Position numbers and translations under genes: made by a program. From Somniosus microcephalus (Eukaryota), in contig CM126224.1 in NCBI GenBank assembly GCA_052327205.1, forward strand, positions 33,604,001 through 33,668,000: a DNA stretch of 64,000 nt, in the 5' to 3' direction. Of this stretch, positions 1 through 12,785 are shown in pieces. The notes below the pieces were generated by a model. That model searched no databases. It saw nothing but the letters and a program-made list of their open reading frames with translations, and was not told the DNA's origin. Every line of letters begins with the position of its first letter. Position 1 is the first letter of the stretch.

Positions 1-1819
1 AGAGAGAAATGTTCAAAAATTGAACACATCAACAAGGTTAATGAAAATGCAACGGTCACCAGGCCCAGATGGTATGCGAGCGAGCAAACCAGAGGAGGCT
101 GGTGAGGAGATAAAGGAGGCGCAAAGCATAATTTTCCCCCAAAATGAGAACTGTGCCAAGGACTGGAGTATGACAAATATTACACCCCTATTCCAGAATA
201 GGGAAAAGCTGTGGCAGGAAATTATAGGCCAGTTGGTTTCGGATAAAGTATTTAAAGTAATACAGGATAAAATTTGTTAACACAGAGGCATGGCCTAATC
301 AGATAGTCGGCATGCATTTGGAAAGAGGTCATTCTTGACTAATTTAATTACATTTTCTGAGGAAATCAGAGAGTATAAAGAGAATGCGATGAATGTTGTA
401 CATATGGATGTTCAGGAAGCATTTGATAAATTATGAAAATTAAAGCCAATGGTATCAAAAGTATAGCTGCTTGAAGAAGGAGATGGTTAGGGGGCACAGG
501 TAAATGGCTATTTTTTGGATTGGTTGGTTATGGTGGTGATGTGTCCCAAGGACCTGTGCTGGAACCTCTTGTTTCCCATTTATATAAATGGTTTGGACAC
601 GAGTACTAGAGGAATGATATTGAAGTTTGTTGATGATTGCAAATATGAAAGGGTGTGGAAAGCCTCGAGGAAGAATGGAATATGTTACAGGAGGGTTCTG
701 ACAGGTTAGTGGGGTTGGCCGATAGGTGATAGATGCAGTTAAAGTGCAGAGACATGTGAACTACTACATATTAGGAATGAGGATACTGAAATTAAGTACA
801 TTTTAATGGGGAAGATTCTTAAGAGCGGAGGAACATTTTATTGAGCCTTCATAATTATAACCGCTCATTTCTGGTATCATTCTACAATGTCAGTAGAGAG
901 ATCTAACGGTGCAGCTACGTAGATATTAAAATACGGGGAGTGGGGGCGGTGGTGGGCGGGGGTCAGAGTCGAAAAAGTTATAAGAAACAAAGGTGGAGTT
1001 GTGGGGTTTATTCACAGAGATAGCATTGAATATAAAATCGAGAATGCGATGTTGCATTTGTACACGATATTGGTTCGTCTCCAGTTGGATTATTGCATGC
1101 TGTCAGGTCACCCCATTGTACAGCTACAGAAAAGGTACCATGAAGATTCAATTGAATAATACCAGGGGTGACAGGTTAGAGCTATGAAGAAAGGCTCCAA
1201 AGCAAAGCTTTTTTCACTACAACAGTGAAGGTTGTGGGAGAACCCAATAGATATTTTCAAAATTATGAAAGGTCTTAGATGTTAAGAGTGAAAGATCGTT
1301 TCCATTGATTGACAGAGAAGGGAGCAGAAACTCAGCATTATCACTAAGAAAGAAAGAACTTGCATTTAGATAGATTTTTGGACTCTAGGGGAATCAAGGG
1401 ATTTGGAGATCAGGCAGAAAAGTGGAGTTGAGGTCGAAGATCAACCATGATCTTATTGAATGTCAGAGCAGGCTCGAAGGGCCATATGGCCTACTCCTGC
1501 TCCTAATTCTTATGTTCTTATAGCGCCTTTCACGACCTTAGGACGTCTAAAATTGCTTAATGAGAGAAGGAGGGCTTCAGAAGAATATATTTAATCACAC
1601 AGAGGGTAATTAGAACATGGAATGTTTTACCATAAGTGGTTACTAAGACAGAGACCAGCACTATTTAAAAGGGATTGGATAAAAATATTGGAGTATGGAA
1701 GAGTATAAAAGGATGGGGTGGGGGGGGAAGGACAGGGAGGTGGGATTGAACAGGTAGCTTCAGTTAAGCAGCTTGCTCCACACGCTAGTTGGTCTCCATC
1801 CGTGCTGTAATTTCTATGA
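1..1819 (+). mobile_element. Old degraded CR1 LINE, ORF2 (RT) to 3' tail
   Basis: PGPDG motif near 56-72 and KFVDD (KFADD-like) near 622-636, with frameshifted downstream RT motifs. Tail ends tgctgtaatttctatga at ~1803-1819. Many stops. Confidence 0.85.
1349..1558 (-). mobile_element. DeuSINE/L2-type 3' tail fragment, itself interrupted by a + strand CR1 3' tail (~1369-1519)
   Basis: aagaacttgcattta|tagcgcctttcacgaccttaggacgtc is the same tail as at ~2861. It is split by gatagatttttgg...ggcctactcctgctcctaattcttatgttct. Confidence 0.75.
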
Positions 1820-2856
1820 CCACTGCAGAAGGAAAACAATCTTGTACCTTTGAAATCTTTTCTATTTATTATATTCTGCTATAATTAAGCATCTTCTAGA
1901 AGTTTCAGTTGAAGGCTTGTGTCACTACTTGCCAATTTAAGCTACTGCTGAGCAAAGCACTTCCTACAGCGAGGACAGAATGTGGTGTCCTTCCTCCTAA
2001 AAGCCAGACAGTTACAAAGTTAGTTCCTGGGCCGATACAGTGGTGTCATTGGTGGATAAGTTGGGCATTATGGAAAATAATTGAAAACATGTAAATTTAG
2101 GAAAATTCTGTGCAGCTTCGCTTGCTGTAAACAGTCATTTGTTGTTTAAGTTCAACAGATTAGGAATAATGTCACTTATTTCATCAGACTTTCCTGTCAC
2201 GTGGTCAAAGCACAATTTTTTTTTTGCCTTTGCCACAGACGGTGATTGTTCACTGGGCCCTTCTGTGAATTGTATGTTGTAGCTGGATCTTTGAAAGGAC
2301 CAGCTTTGTGTTCTTGAATGAACTGTATGTCATCCTTCAGAGGAATAGAAGCAGTGAACACTGTACTTGTTGTAACATTTACAGGATGTGCCCTGGTCTG
2401 CAGCCATATTAAAGCAGCGACCAGAAGTGACTTGAACACTCTGCAGCATATGCCGAAGGCAGCTCAAATCCAACATACAACTGAAGGACAATTTGCTTTT
2501 AAATCTTTTTTTTCCCTCGGCAGCAGCGGTTGTCATTCAGGAGAATGTGACACAATGAAGCGTGTGACGTTTGGAGCAATTTAAAACATTTAATGCAAGC
2601 AGTAGCATTTCTACATCTTGTACACTTCCACCTTCTTACGGTGCCCACTCTGCAGTGGATTTAAGGGCTTCATATGAAGGGAGCTTCAATCAGAAGCATT
2701 GTCCAGCTGCACCTATTCTTCTGTTAGTATTCCAAAAAGTCAATGCTGCATGCTTATTTCCAATTAATAAAACAAGTTACGCCCATTTTAAACCCCCTAG
2801 CTCAAGAGATTCAGAACAGCAAGAGGAGTTAGTTGGGTACTTGCAGTTTGGTACAA

Positions 2857-3178
2857 GAACAAACTTGCATTTCTATAGCACCTTTCATGACCTCAGGACA
2901 TCCCAAAGCGCTTTACAGCCAACGAATTACTTCTGAAGTGTAGTCACTGTTGTAATGTAGGAAACGTGGTAGCCAATTGGTGCACAGCAAGCTCCCACAA
3001 ACCACAATGTGATAATGACCAGATCATCTGCTTTTTAGTGAGGTTGGTTGAGGGATAACTATTGGCCAGGACACCGGGGAGAAATCTCCTGTTCTTCTTC
3101 AAAATAGTGGTCGTGGGATCTTTTGCACCCGTCCGAGGGGGCAGACGGGGCCTCGGTTTATCGTCTCATCTGAAAGAC
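2857..3178 (-). mobile_element. DeuSINE (SacSINE1/AmnSINE1-like Deu domain) with L2-like tail
   Basis: Reverse complement contains gatgagacgataaaccgaggccccgtctgccc...aaaagatccc...ccccggtgtcctggccaata, the Deu core as I recall it. Copies recur at ~19280, 62536 and 63152. Confidence 0.8.
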
Positions 3179-3430
3179 CTAAAGATAAATTCACACCCGA
3201 TTTATCAGCAACAGTTTCAGTTGTTCGATTTTCATTCTGCAGATTGTTTTGAGCACTGGGTGTTCTTTATATTCAGAGACAGACAGCTGTGAGTCAATTG
3301 TACACGACCTGAAAATCTGCTCAACGCATCTGTGGGGCCAATGTCATTCACCAGTCTTTGGTAAAGCTTTTTAAGTTAGGCGAGAGACAAAAGCTAGTCG
3401 ATTTAAAATGCTGTTCGTCTGTAATTGTTT

Positions 3431-3531
3431 CCAGTTCTCTAGAAAGATCAACGCTTGAAATGTTAACTCATCTTTTCTCTCCACAGATGCTGAGTGATCT
3501 GCTGAGGGTTTCCAGCATTTTCTGTTTTCAG
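3431..3531 (+). mobile_element. Penelope-like pLTR fragment with degenerate hammerhead motif
   Basis: ccagttctctagaaagatcaacgcttgaaatgttaact...ccacagatgctg...tttccagcattttctgtttt, the same unit as at 54889 and 47233. Confidence 0.7.
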
Positions 3532-3860
3532 TTCTTTGTCATTAGATTACAATGTGGCAATGCACCCAATTACAGCATATCCACAACACAGGGCAGGATG
3601 GTAGCACAAATAGTTAAAGGAAAAAAAAACTGGTGCATTTCAGTTTAGAGCCATCCCTCAGATGAGGCAGAGATTCCCAATGGTATTTGCACCATTTTGC
3701 AGGTTAGATTTTTTTTTGTTCCCTGCCTGCAGAGGAAATGGTGGTTCAAATTTCTCCCACTGTCTAAGGCCATTTCCTTCCCATTGTAATTTTAGCACAA
3801 ACATGCACTGAAAATATATTTGACGCAATGTTTGAATTTTTATTCAAGAAGACATCCTGT

Positions 3861-4828
3861 GACAAGGGAACTAGATGTAATATCTCCAAATTTGCAGATG
3901 ACACAAAGCCGGGTGGGCGTGTGTGCTGTGAGGAGGATGCCGAGAAACTCCAGGATGATTTGGACAGGTTGGGTGATTGGGCAGAAGCATGGCAGATGCA
4001 ATATAACGTGGATAAATGTGAGGTTATCCACTTTGGTGGCAAAAACAGGAAGGCAGATTATTATCTGAATGGCAATAGATTGGGAGAAGGGGAAGTGCAA
4101 CGAGACCTGGGTGTCCTTGTGCACCAGCCGCTGAAGGTAAGCATGCAGGTGCAGCAGGCAGTTAAGAAGGCAAATGGTATGTTGGTCTTCGTAGCGAGAG
4201 GGTTTGAGTACAGGAACAAGGATGTCTTGCTGCAGTTGTACAGGGCCTTGGTGAGACCACATCTTGAGTATTGTGTGCAGTTTTGGTCGCCTTATCTGAG
4301 GAAGGATGTTCTTGCCATGGAAGGAGTTCTGTGAAGATTCACCAGGTTGATACCTGGGATGGCAGGAATGACGTATGAGGCGAGATTGGGTCGATTGGGC
4401 TTATACTCGCTGGAGTTTAGAAGAATGAGAGGGGATCTCATTGATACTTATAAAATTCTGACAGGACTGGACAGACTAGATGCAGGAAGGATGTTCCCGA
4501 TAGTCGGGGAGTCCAGAACCAGGGGTCACAGTCTAAGGATAAGGGGTAAGCCATTTAGGACAGAAATGAGGAGGAATTTCTTCACCCAGAGAGTGGTGAA
4601 CCTGTGGAATTCTCTACCACTGAAGGCAATAGAGGCCAATTCATTAAATATATTCAAGAAGGAGTTAGATATATTTCTTAAGGCTAAAGGGATCAAAGGG
4701 TATGGAGAGAAGGCAGGAACAGGGTACTGAATTTGGATGATCAGCCATGATCGCATTGGATGGCAGAGCAGGCTCGAGGGGCCGAATGGCCTACTCCTGC
4801 TCCTATCTTCTATGTTTCTATGTTTTAT
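3861..4828 (+). mobile_element. Young 5'-truncated CR1 (HER1-like) LINE
   Basis: KFADDTK...WQMQYNVDKC...RDLGV...VRPHLEYCVQFWSP. A single TGA at 4332-4334 splits ORFs 3828 and 4347. 3' tail with ttctatgt repeats. Confidence 0.95.
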
Positions 4829-4893
4829 GCTTCGGGGATTGAGCAAACATCAAAATGTCCAGAACTGCAGGTAACACAGACACAAAGTAAAAC

Positions 4894-5034
4894 AAAAGCA
4901 AAATGCAAAATACTGCGGATGCTGGAAATCTGAACTAAAAACAGAAATTGCTGGGAACCGCTCAGCAGGTCAGGCAGCTTCTGTGGAGAGAAAAACAGAG
5001 CTAATGTTTCAGGTCGATGACCTTTCGTCCGAAC
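4894..5034 (-). mobile_element. Penelope-like pLTR insertion with mutated hammerhead core
   Basis: Minus strand reads gtt-CGGACGA-a-aggtc-atc-gacct-GAAA-catt-agct. Probable TSD acaaagtaaaac (4882-4893) / acaaaataaaac (5033-5044). Confidence 0.8.
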
Positions 5035-5294
5035 AAAATAAAACTTTGCCCTATAACATTAATCAGGTCAATTCAAAAGAATAGAAATTGAAGTAAATGA
5101 ACTAAAAGGAGAAGGATGGCTTAAGAAATTATAGCAGGAGATCCCCAGCCTATGCTGAGATAGCTGAAGGGGGTGGGGGTAAGAGAGGAGAGGGTTAGAA
5201 CTGGCAGGGATAAATTGAGCGAGTGGTCGACTGCTGAATTTACAACTTGAAGTTGCTATCCAGCGACCCATTGCTGCAAGTGTGCATGTGAGGA

Positions 5295-5737
5295 TAGGAT
5301 TGGGCTTGGCTAGGTTTATATTCACTAGAGTTTAGAAGAATGAGAGGGGATCTCATTGAAACTTATAAAATTCTAACAGGACTAGACAGACTAGATGCAG
5401 GAAGGCTGTTCCCGATGGCGGGGTAGTCCAGAACCAGGGGTCACAGTCTAAGGATAAGGGGTAAGCCATTTAGGACTGAGATGAGGAGGAATTTCTTCAC
5501 CCAGAGAGTGGTGAACCTGTGGAATTCTCTACCACAGAAGGCAGCTGAGGCCAATTCATTAAATATATTCAAGAAGGAGTTGGATATATTTCTTAAGGCT
5601 AAAGGGATCAAGGAATATGGAGAGAAAGCAGGGACAGGGCACTGAATTTGGATGATCAGCCATGATCTCATTAAATGGTGGAGCAGGCTCGAGGGGCCGA
5701 ATGGCCTACTCCTGCTCCTATCTTCTATGTTTCTATG
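5295..5737 (+). mobile_element. Young CR1 3' fragment, same subfamily as 3861
   Basis: Near-identical to ~4400-4820 (gagtttagaagaatgagagggg...ctatcttctatgtttctatg). Confidence 0.95.
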
Positions 5738-7261
5738 GCTGTGTCGCTGAATAGTCCACTACGCTTGCATGGTGAAAATTGCTGTCTTGCACGACGTCCT
5801 AGGGGCTGCCCTACTGTGTGGTACCGCAACAGGAGTCAGCACCTGGAGAAAGAAAACTGGGGGGGGGGGTGGAGAAGAGAAGGAGTAAAGAACCAGAATA
5901 ATATATAACCCCATGGTGTACTGGTTCGACACCATTCACTACTAAAACTGTTCTTTTTTAAAACAAAAATTGGATAAAGAGCTGCAGTAGATCGGAGGGG
6001 GTTAATCTGTAGGCACAGAAATGCAATCTGCCCACCCATTGCTATTCCAACTAGTTGAACCACTCCCACCACAGTACTGGAATTTGTTGTTTTATTATTA
6101 AGGCGACACAAGTCCTATTGAGATCATTTTCTGACACACAAGAAAAACAAGTTTGGATCTACTCTTCTGCAGACACATATACCATCGACTCTTGCACTCT
6201 CTCTGTTTGTCACCCATTCAGTTCTTCCTCTGCGTATTCAATTAATCACCAAACACTCAATTTTCAAGGTCATGAAAGCAGCCCTCAAAGTGTCTGTAGA
6301 GCCCACAACTCCCCAACAGGCTTTCTAGATTGAATCTCTCCGATTGCTGGTACTGGGTAAAATGATATTACATTCACCTTGTGGTAAAAGAGCGTTCATT
6401 TGGATTATAGGAGGTTAGTTAATAAGAATCAAGTTGTATCATTTTATCCTGAGATATTATTTCCCTCACCACAAGTGAAGGGCCACTCTTGAAGCAGCGA
6501 GGCTCAGACGGACTGGGCTTTGCACGTTCTCCCAGCCGCTTTTAAAAAACCACATCACTTTTAAAACGCGAAATTTTCATGTCATCTCCTATCAACAAGC
6601 TGTCATCTGCTACGAGCTTATTCTGCTCGCTGCGTTTCATTAACGCCGGCAGACTGTATACATCAGTCAATCAAAGTGCACGCTCCACTTTTAATTCTTT
6701 CGTGTACCCAGCAGTCAGGAACCACAGTTGTCTTTTTATCTTTTTTGTCGCAATGAATTATAGATACAAATCCTTGCAGCATGAATAAGCAAAGATCGTG
6801 CACAAAGCGACAGGCTCTGGTACAGTAGTCGATGATGAATGACATATTTCAAGGAACATGTGTAACAAGACAAATATTCTGTAATGGCAGCAATTAAAAA
6901 GTAATACTTAAATAAAAATCTGAAGAAAATGTGAAGGAGACAATTAACAATAACACTGACTTCATTAAACATCTATGTCATATGTAATATCCGAATGTTC
7001 AACTTACTGCATTAACCAAGAGAGGTTTCAGTTGTCCTGCCCTGCTTATCCATCCTCTTTATTAAGAGAGGGAGAAGCATCTTGTAATTGTGTATCTTCC
7101 AATGAAAATTTAGCAGTTTTTGATTCGTGTCTGTGCATATTTAATTGCATCATCACTGTAGAAATTATTCTTTAGATGGAGGTTGGTTTACCTGAAAATA
7201 TAGGTACCCAAATAGAAATATTAGTGACAGTACATTATGTGACACTCCCATTGACCCACTA

Positions 7262-7879
7262 GCCCCAATATTTACCAGGATAAGGGGAGGGGGGAGGTGG
7301 GGATAGCAGCTGGGAATGCGGGAAACCCAGAGGTCCTGACAAATTTAACAACAGGATCTCATTTAAGTTTTTTGTCTCCGTTTCCCAGCCAGCCAGATTG
7401 AAAAGATAGGCTGGCGGACGTGCAGGAAGGCTTGCGACACCAGGCCGCAGCTGGGGAGCAGAGAGGAGGGAGGGAGAAGATCACGGGCTGGGGAGGACAT
7501 GGGGGGGGTGGCGGGGCATCGGATCGCAGGGAGGGCTCGGCAGATCACGCGGAGGAAGCAGGTTTGATTGAGGGGCCAGGGGGGGAAACACTCCTGCTCC
7601 TCTGGGCGCACAAGCAGTGCTGGAGAGACACTTACCAGCTGGATCCGGCCCTTCTCGCCTCCCCTTCAGTTGGGCTCCTGAAACCGTTAAAAGTAAAGCT
7701 GTGGTTAAATTTGAGGTACGCTGCCTCATTATAATATTTGAATAGAGCGCGGGTTAGTTGCCCACTCCCCAAACCCCCTCCGCTAAAACCGCTTGGAGGC
7801 GGGTTGGACTCGGGTTTCAGATTTTAACATTTTTAACCTCCCCCACCCCTCCCCAATCCTGGGAGGTAAACCCCCCCCC
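7262..7879. mobile_element. GC-rich non-autonomous DNA transposon, probably PIF/Harbinger-like, degraded
   Basis: Sharp GC-rich block with termini ccaatatttacc...ggtaaacccc resembling the other TIR elements in the window. TSD not readable. Confidence 0.5.
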
Positions 7880-8559
7880 ACCGACTCTGTGCTAACTGCA
7901 GCTCCTGTTGGTGAACTTGCAGTTACTTTGCTTAAAAAGTTGAGAAGCAGCTGATGATAAATTGCTGTTTGTGGGCTACAATCCTTTCACAGGATTCCTT
8001 CACATATGTAACAGCAGAGATTCTTTTCAAACATTAAACGTGGAATGTTGGAATTGTGCTATACTCCACAGCTGTAGTTTTTAAACACTTCTGTCTGGAG
8101 GATCCCTCCAAATGCACACTCCAGGAGACACCTTGCAGATTTTGACAGCCTCCCAGGGGCTCCCTGCCCTAATGTCTGAAAGAGACAGCACTGTTTAATT
8201 TGGGTAGCTGACCATCAGGGCCAAAAACTTTTCCCCCCCCTCACTTTGTACACACCAACAGAAATATCTGCGAGCGAGTCAAGAATACCATGAAGATATG
8301 GAACACACAATTCTATAAACACTCTGCTCCTGGCATATGGAACGCCCGGGCCCCAGACGGAAAGAAATCTGCTGTGTTTGCAGCTGCCCAACTATCCCCT
8401 CACAGACCCCGTTTGAAAACCTGTGCCTCACACAATAATTACAACTGCTAAAGATAGATGAAAATACAGATGATGAAAACTCATGACCCAGGACCACTTT
8501 CTGCATCATATGACAATGCATGTCAATGAATGACGAAGCTAGAAACAGTGGAAGTCCAA

Positions 8560-9233
8560 ACAGACTTGGGGGGTCCATGTGCATAGATCATGGGCAGGTA
8601 CAGAAAATAATCAATAAGGCTAATGGAATGCTGGCCTTTAGATCTAGAGGACTAGAATACAAGGGGGTAGAAGTTATGCTGCAGCTATACAAAGCCCTGG
8701 TTAGACCACACCCGGAGTACTGTGAGCAGTTCTGGACACCATACCTTAAAGGATATATTGGCCTTGGAGGGAGTGCAGTGCAAGTTTACCAGAATGATAC
8801 CTGGACTCCAGGGTGAAATTATGTGGAGAGATTACACAAACTCAGGTTGTATTCCCTGGATTTTAGAAGGTTAAGGGGTGATTTGATAGAAATTTTCAAG
8901 ATATTAAGGGGAACTGATAGAGAGAAACCATTTCCGCTGGTTGGGTAGTCATGGACTTGGGGGCATAGTCTAAAAATTAGAGCCAGGTCTTTCAGGAGTG
9001 AAGTTAGGAACTACTTCTACATGCAAGGGATGGTAGAAGTTTGGAACTCTTCTGCAAATGGCAATTGATGCTAGGTCAATTTTAAATATGAGATTGATAG
9101 ATTTTTGTTAACCAAAGGTATTAAGGAATATGGGGCAGAGGCGGGTATATGAAGTTAGGTAACAGATCAGCCATGATCTCATTGAATGGCGGAACAGGCT
9201 CGAGGGGCTAATCGGCCTACTCCTGTTCCTATG
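8560..9233 (+). mobile_element. CR1 3' fragment (different subfamily)
   Basis: KANGMLAF...LYKALVRPH.EYC.QFW, with the typical gatcagccatgatctcattgaatggcgg...ggcctactcctg tail. Confidence 0.9.
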
Positions 9234-10896
9234 CAAATCGACTATCGCGTGTTAGCCCATAAAAAATGCTTCGAATTTTCATTTCTTGTTTTTCCGTACA
9301 GTGTTCAGTATGCAAAGTGAGGGCTGTATCGATTGCACCTAAGGTCATGCATGTGGTTAAGGGTCACTGGGCCAGTTTTGCTCTCAGTGGGATCCACTGA
9401 GCTTTAGGCTGGCGGCGAGTCCACCTACCCATTTTTAATGGGGTTTTCTTTTGTCGCCCTTCTCTTGGAGTGATGCTTGAAGTACCTTGCCACAGTCCTG
9501 GCCTGCTATGGACAAGACGCAAACTGTGTTGAAGGAGTTTGTTCTTAAAATCCATGAGATAGTATTTCATCATGAACATTAAAATAATGAAAAAGTGTGT
9601 TCTGACAGCTGACTTTGACAGTGTATCCATAACAGTTCTTTTGAGCTATTGCGACAGTAATTCAATATTGCCAGCCTTTGCCAGATTTAATGGAACATGC
9701 TTTTCCTTGCTTGTTTGTTTACCACCAGGTTAAGGCACGTCTGACAGTTACCACCCAGAAGAAAATGGAGCTCATTCTGGTCCTCATGTTCTAGCAGAAG
9801 CTTCATAAATCGTGGCAGTGGATTCACATTTGGGATGAGAGAATGTGGGGCAAACGCCCTCCATTGCCTCTCGCTCATGCAATACCTGACCTGGGAATAC
9901 TTCATGCATTGGCTGGATGCAAAAAAAAAGGAAAGAGTGTTCACCCTACCTTTGTAAACAGGTGGACTGCAAACCTCACAAACCACCGATATTGAAGGAA
10001 GTGTCAAGTCTCAAGATGTCTATTAAAACATCTTGCAGAGTATTTATAGTACCTGCAACTCTTTTAGTGCTAATAATGGCTTATACTGGAATTACTGTGG
10101 GGCACAGAGTATTTGCCAGTGGAGGGAAACCTGTTTAGGATGAAGCACTACATCAGGAGTTCATTATATCAGAAAGTGGCTTGTTGAGCATTAGTGACTG
10201 GCTCTTTCGGTGAAACAGTGAAAACACCTGCTTGGTATCAGGTCAGGTGCAGGGTTACACCACCATTGAAATCCATGAAAGGCTTGTGACTGTCACTTTC
10301 AGCTGCAGCTAGTCTTGAGCTTACTGCACTGTCTCCTTCGTCAGACTATGAGCCGAACCTGAAACTGACTGCGTGCTTCAAGGCAAAGTGATTTCAGTGC
10401 TGATTATTTCTTGTGTCCAAGGTGGAATGAACACTTTAAAAATGAAATATATTCGATCAGTGGAAGTAGGGAAAGTAGGGAAAAACACTTTTAAGAATGG
10501 AAATATCTGTGCATCTGTGCGGCATAGTCTGCTGCTTTTTATGAGCTTAACAAATAGTGCTCAGAATGTCATAATAATGGGCAGCAACCTCATCATAATA
10601 GCAGTGATATTTCATTTAGTTTCATGGCAAGTGATCGGGACATTGGAATTTCTCAGTAGAAAGTGGGTTTATCGGAATGCACTAGGAGTGGGATTCAATA
10701 TTTTACTATTACGGCGTGGGTGTGTACGTGTATTTCACATGCATGATGTTACTGTGAAAATTAGCCACCCAGCAAGGCATTTATCTTGTCCTTATCAAAC
10801 CTCTTCTCTTCATATAGGCCACCATCTCTTCCTTTTCAGATCCTAGAAAGATCTTTCTGCAAGCCTGTAACTCACTCTCTCTCGATCCTGCATACG

Positions 10897-11085
10897 GTTT
10901 CATAGAAATACAACGTGGAAACAGGCCATTCAGCCCAACCAGTCCACGTTAGTCTCCACGTGAGCAGATTGTCCCAATCACATTTACCACCTTGTTCTCA
11001 TAACCTTTCAACTCCTTTCCCTTCACTCACCTATCCAATCCAATCCTGAATGTTGATACTGTTTCAAACACTTGAGTGTGGCCTC
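10897..11085 (-). mobile_element. Old CR1 3' tail
   Basis: catagaaatacaacgtggaaacaggccattcagcccaac, the reverse complement of the CR1 tail stem-loop region. Confidence 0.65.
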
Positions 11086-11339
11086 ACGCATTTATGGCAG
11101 AGGCTATTTTCTTTTCTCCTGTCAATTTACTCTTTTCTTCTCCTGCAGGTAATGGTTCCTTGCCGATTACAGCTCTATAGCAGCAGTCACTCTTGGGTAC
11201 TTCACAGTACTGGCCATTATTTATACGTAAACCTGAACAGCGAGAGTCAGTGCAGACCTCAGACCAATCATGTGTCACACACACACGAGACACAGACACA
11301 CATTCACACCACTGTCCTGACTGAGGTCATCTAATGTCG

Positions 11340-11723
11340 CACAGATCAGGGATCAAAATTGGGCCTCAGTAACAGCATCAAGCACACCCGGTTCAGGCAA
11401 AGTACTGGAGTCTGCCACAACTATGTGCCTCAGCTATACCCTCAGAAAAGCACTACCCAAAGCACCAGTGTGATATGCATCAACCATTCCCCACACCAGC
11501 CATTCCATGGCCTCCGATTAATTGCCAATTAGTGCAAATTAGGAACAGGTTTATGATCTAGGCCCAAGCTCACTGGGAGCTGGAGCGAGACTCCAAAATT
11601 ATTTCACACAGGAACCTTGTAGACAGTGAAAGACTTTTTATTCCAATCAATCTGGGCTGGATTTGAACCCAGATTTCAGAGGTGAAAGGTCGGTGTCTAA
11701 TTCACTGCACCACCAGCTCCCCC
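11340..11723 (-). mobile_element. LF-SINE-like element
   Basis: Minus strand reads ggggagctggtggtgcagtgaatt...cctttcacctctgaaatctgggttcaaatccagcccag...tgtgaaat...gtctcgctccagctcccagtg...ttgcactaattggca...gctgaggcacat, collinear with the LF-SINE consensus as I recall it. Has a tRNA B-box. Confidence 0.65.
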
Positions 11724-12785
11724 GAGACTTGTTTTGAATCCCTCATAACACGGTTCTATTCCTATGTCAAAAATCTGGACTGATGCTGATTACGGTGGCA
11801 CCGCACCTCATTTATATTACATGTCCACGTGTACGATAAAGCATAAGCCCAGCCTCAGTGACCCAAAATGTGAAGTTTAATCAAATAGCCCACCCAAAAA
11901 TTCTGCTCTTGGTCCTAAACGCAAATCACACATCAAGCCTCATGGAAGTAATTTTATATATTTCCCCATCTATTAGTTCACACTAATGTTAATTGATAAT
12001 TACAGTAGTAATTTAAGTTGCTCCTATACTGGTAACGTGATATACTGAATATGCATTAACAGACCTGAACAAGGAAGGCGTAAAAATAGACAGACATTTG
12101 ACCGGAGGGCTGAAAATCAATAACTTGTTTATTTAATTTGGGAAAAAGCCATCAGCTAGTAGCAGCTCAATGGAACTTTAATAATTACAATTTAGTGTAA
12201 TTAGTGCAATGAGAAAATCAATGTAAACACAAGACAAATCCCTTCAAGGTTCCTCTGTGAAGAACAGTGCCTCTTTCACTTACACTGCATTCTGATGCTT
12301 GAAGCAGCATTTAGGTTTGGCATAATCTGGCTGCTTTTTAATTGTCGGTATTGTTTAATTTATCTGACTGTTTATCTGAACTGCAGTCAAATTCATTGCT
12401 CAATTGAGCCTCTTCCTGCTGCTTATCTGCCCACATTGTTGGTTGTCCCTGGAGTGGTTGAGATAAATCTTAGTGTGTTGGATTTTATTCACAACAAAAT
12501 AGAAAGATCTCGTACTCCCTAATCTCAGTAAAGCAAGGGCTAATTCAAAATGTATGAGACTGAGCTATTGAACTGTCCATGGAGATGACCCATGCACCTC
12601 TTTGGACATATAGAAATTCACAGATGTTTTAGGATTTGTATAAAACCACTTATAGGAAAAATAATTAAAATCCATTATTTCTGGAAAGATATCGCCCCAT
12701 CTGCCAGGATCTTCAAAATGGTGTTGCTGGAAAAATAAAAAAAAGTTTAAATTGCCAGCTGCATCCACTGTAATCCAAACATTAT

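Noticed and set aside
2239-2271. Possible 33-bp microexon (ttttgcctttgccacag ... gtatgt)
   Set aside because: In phase 2, needed to splice in frame onto the 44257 exon, it reads an immediate TGA. No recognisable homology.
10373-10846. 157-aa ORF
   Set aside because: No domain signature or splice support; composition fits a chance ORF in AT-rich intron.
11149-11226. Strong acceptor-like tract tcttttcttctcctgcag
   Set aside because: Two frames hit stops, the open frame resembles nothing I recognise, and the donor is weak.
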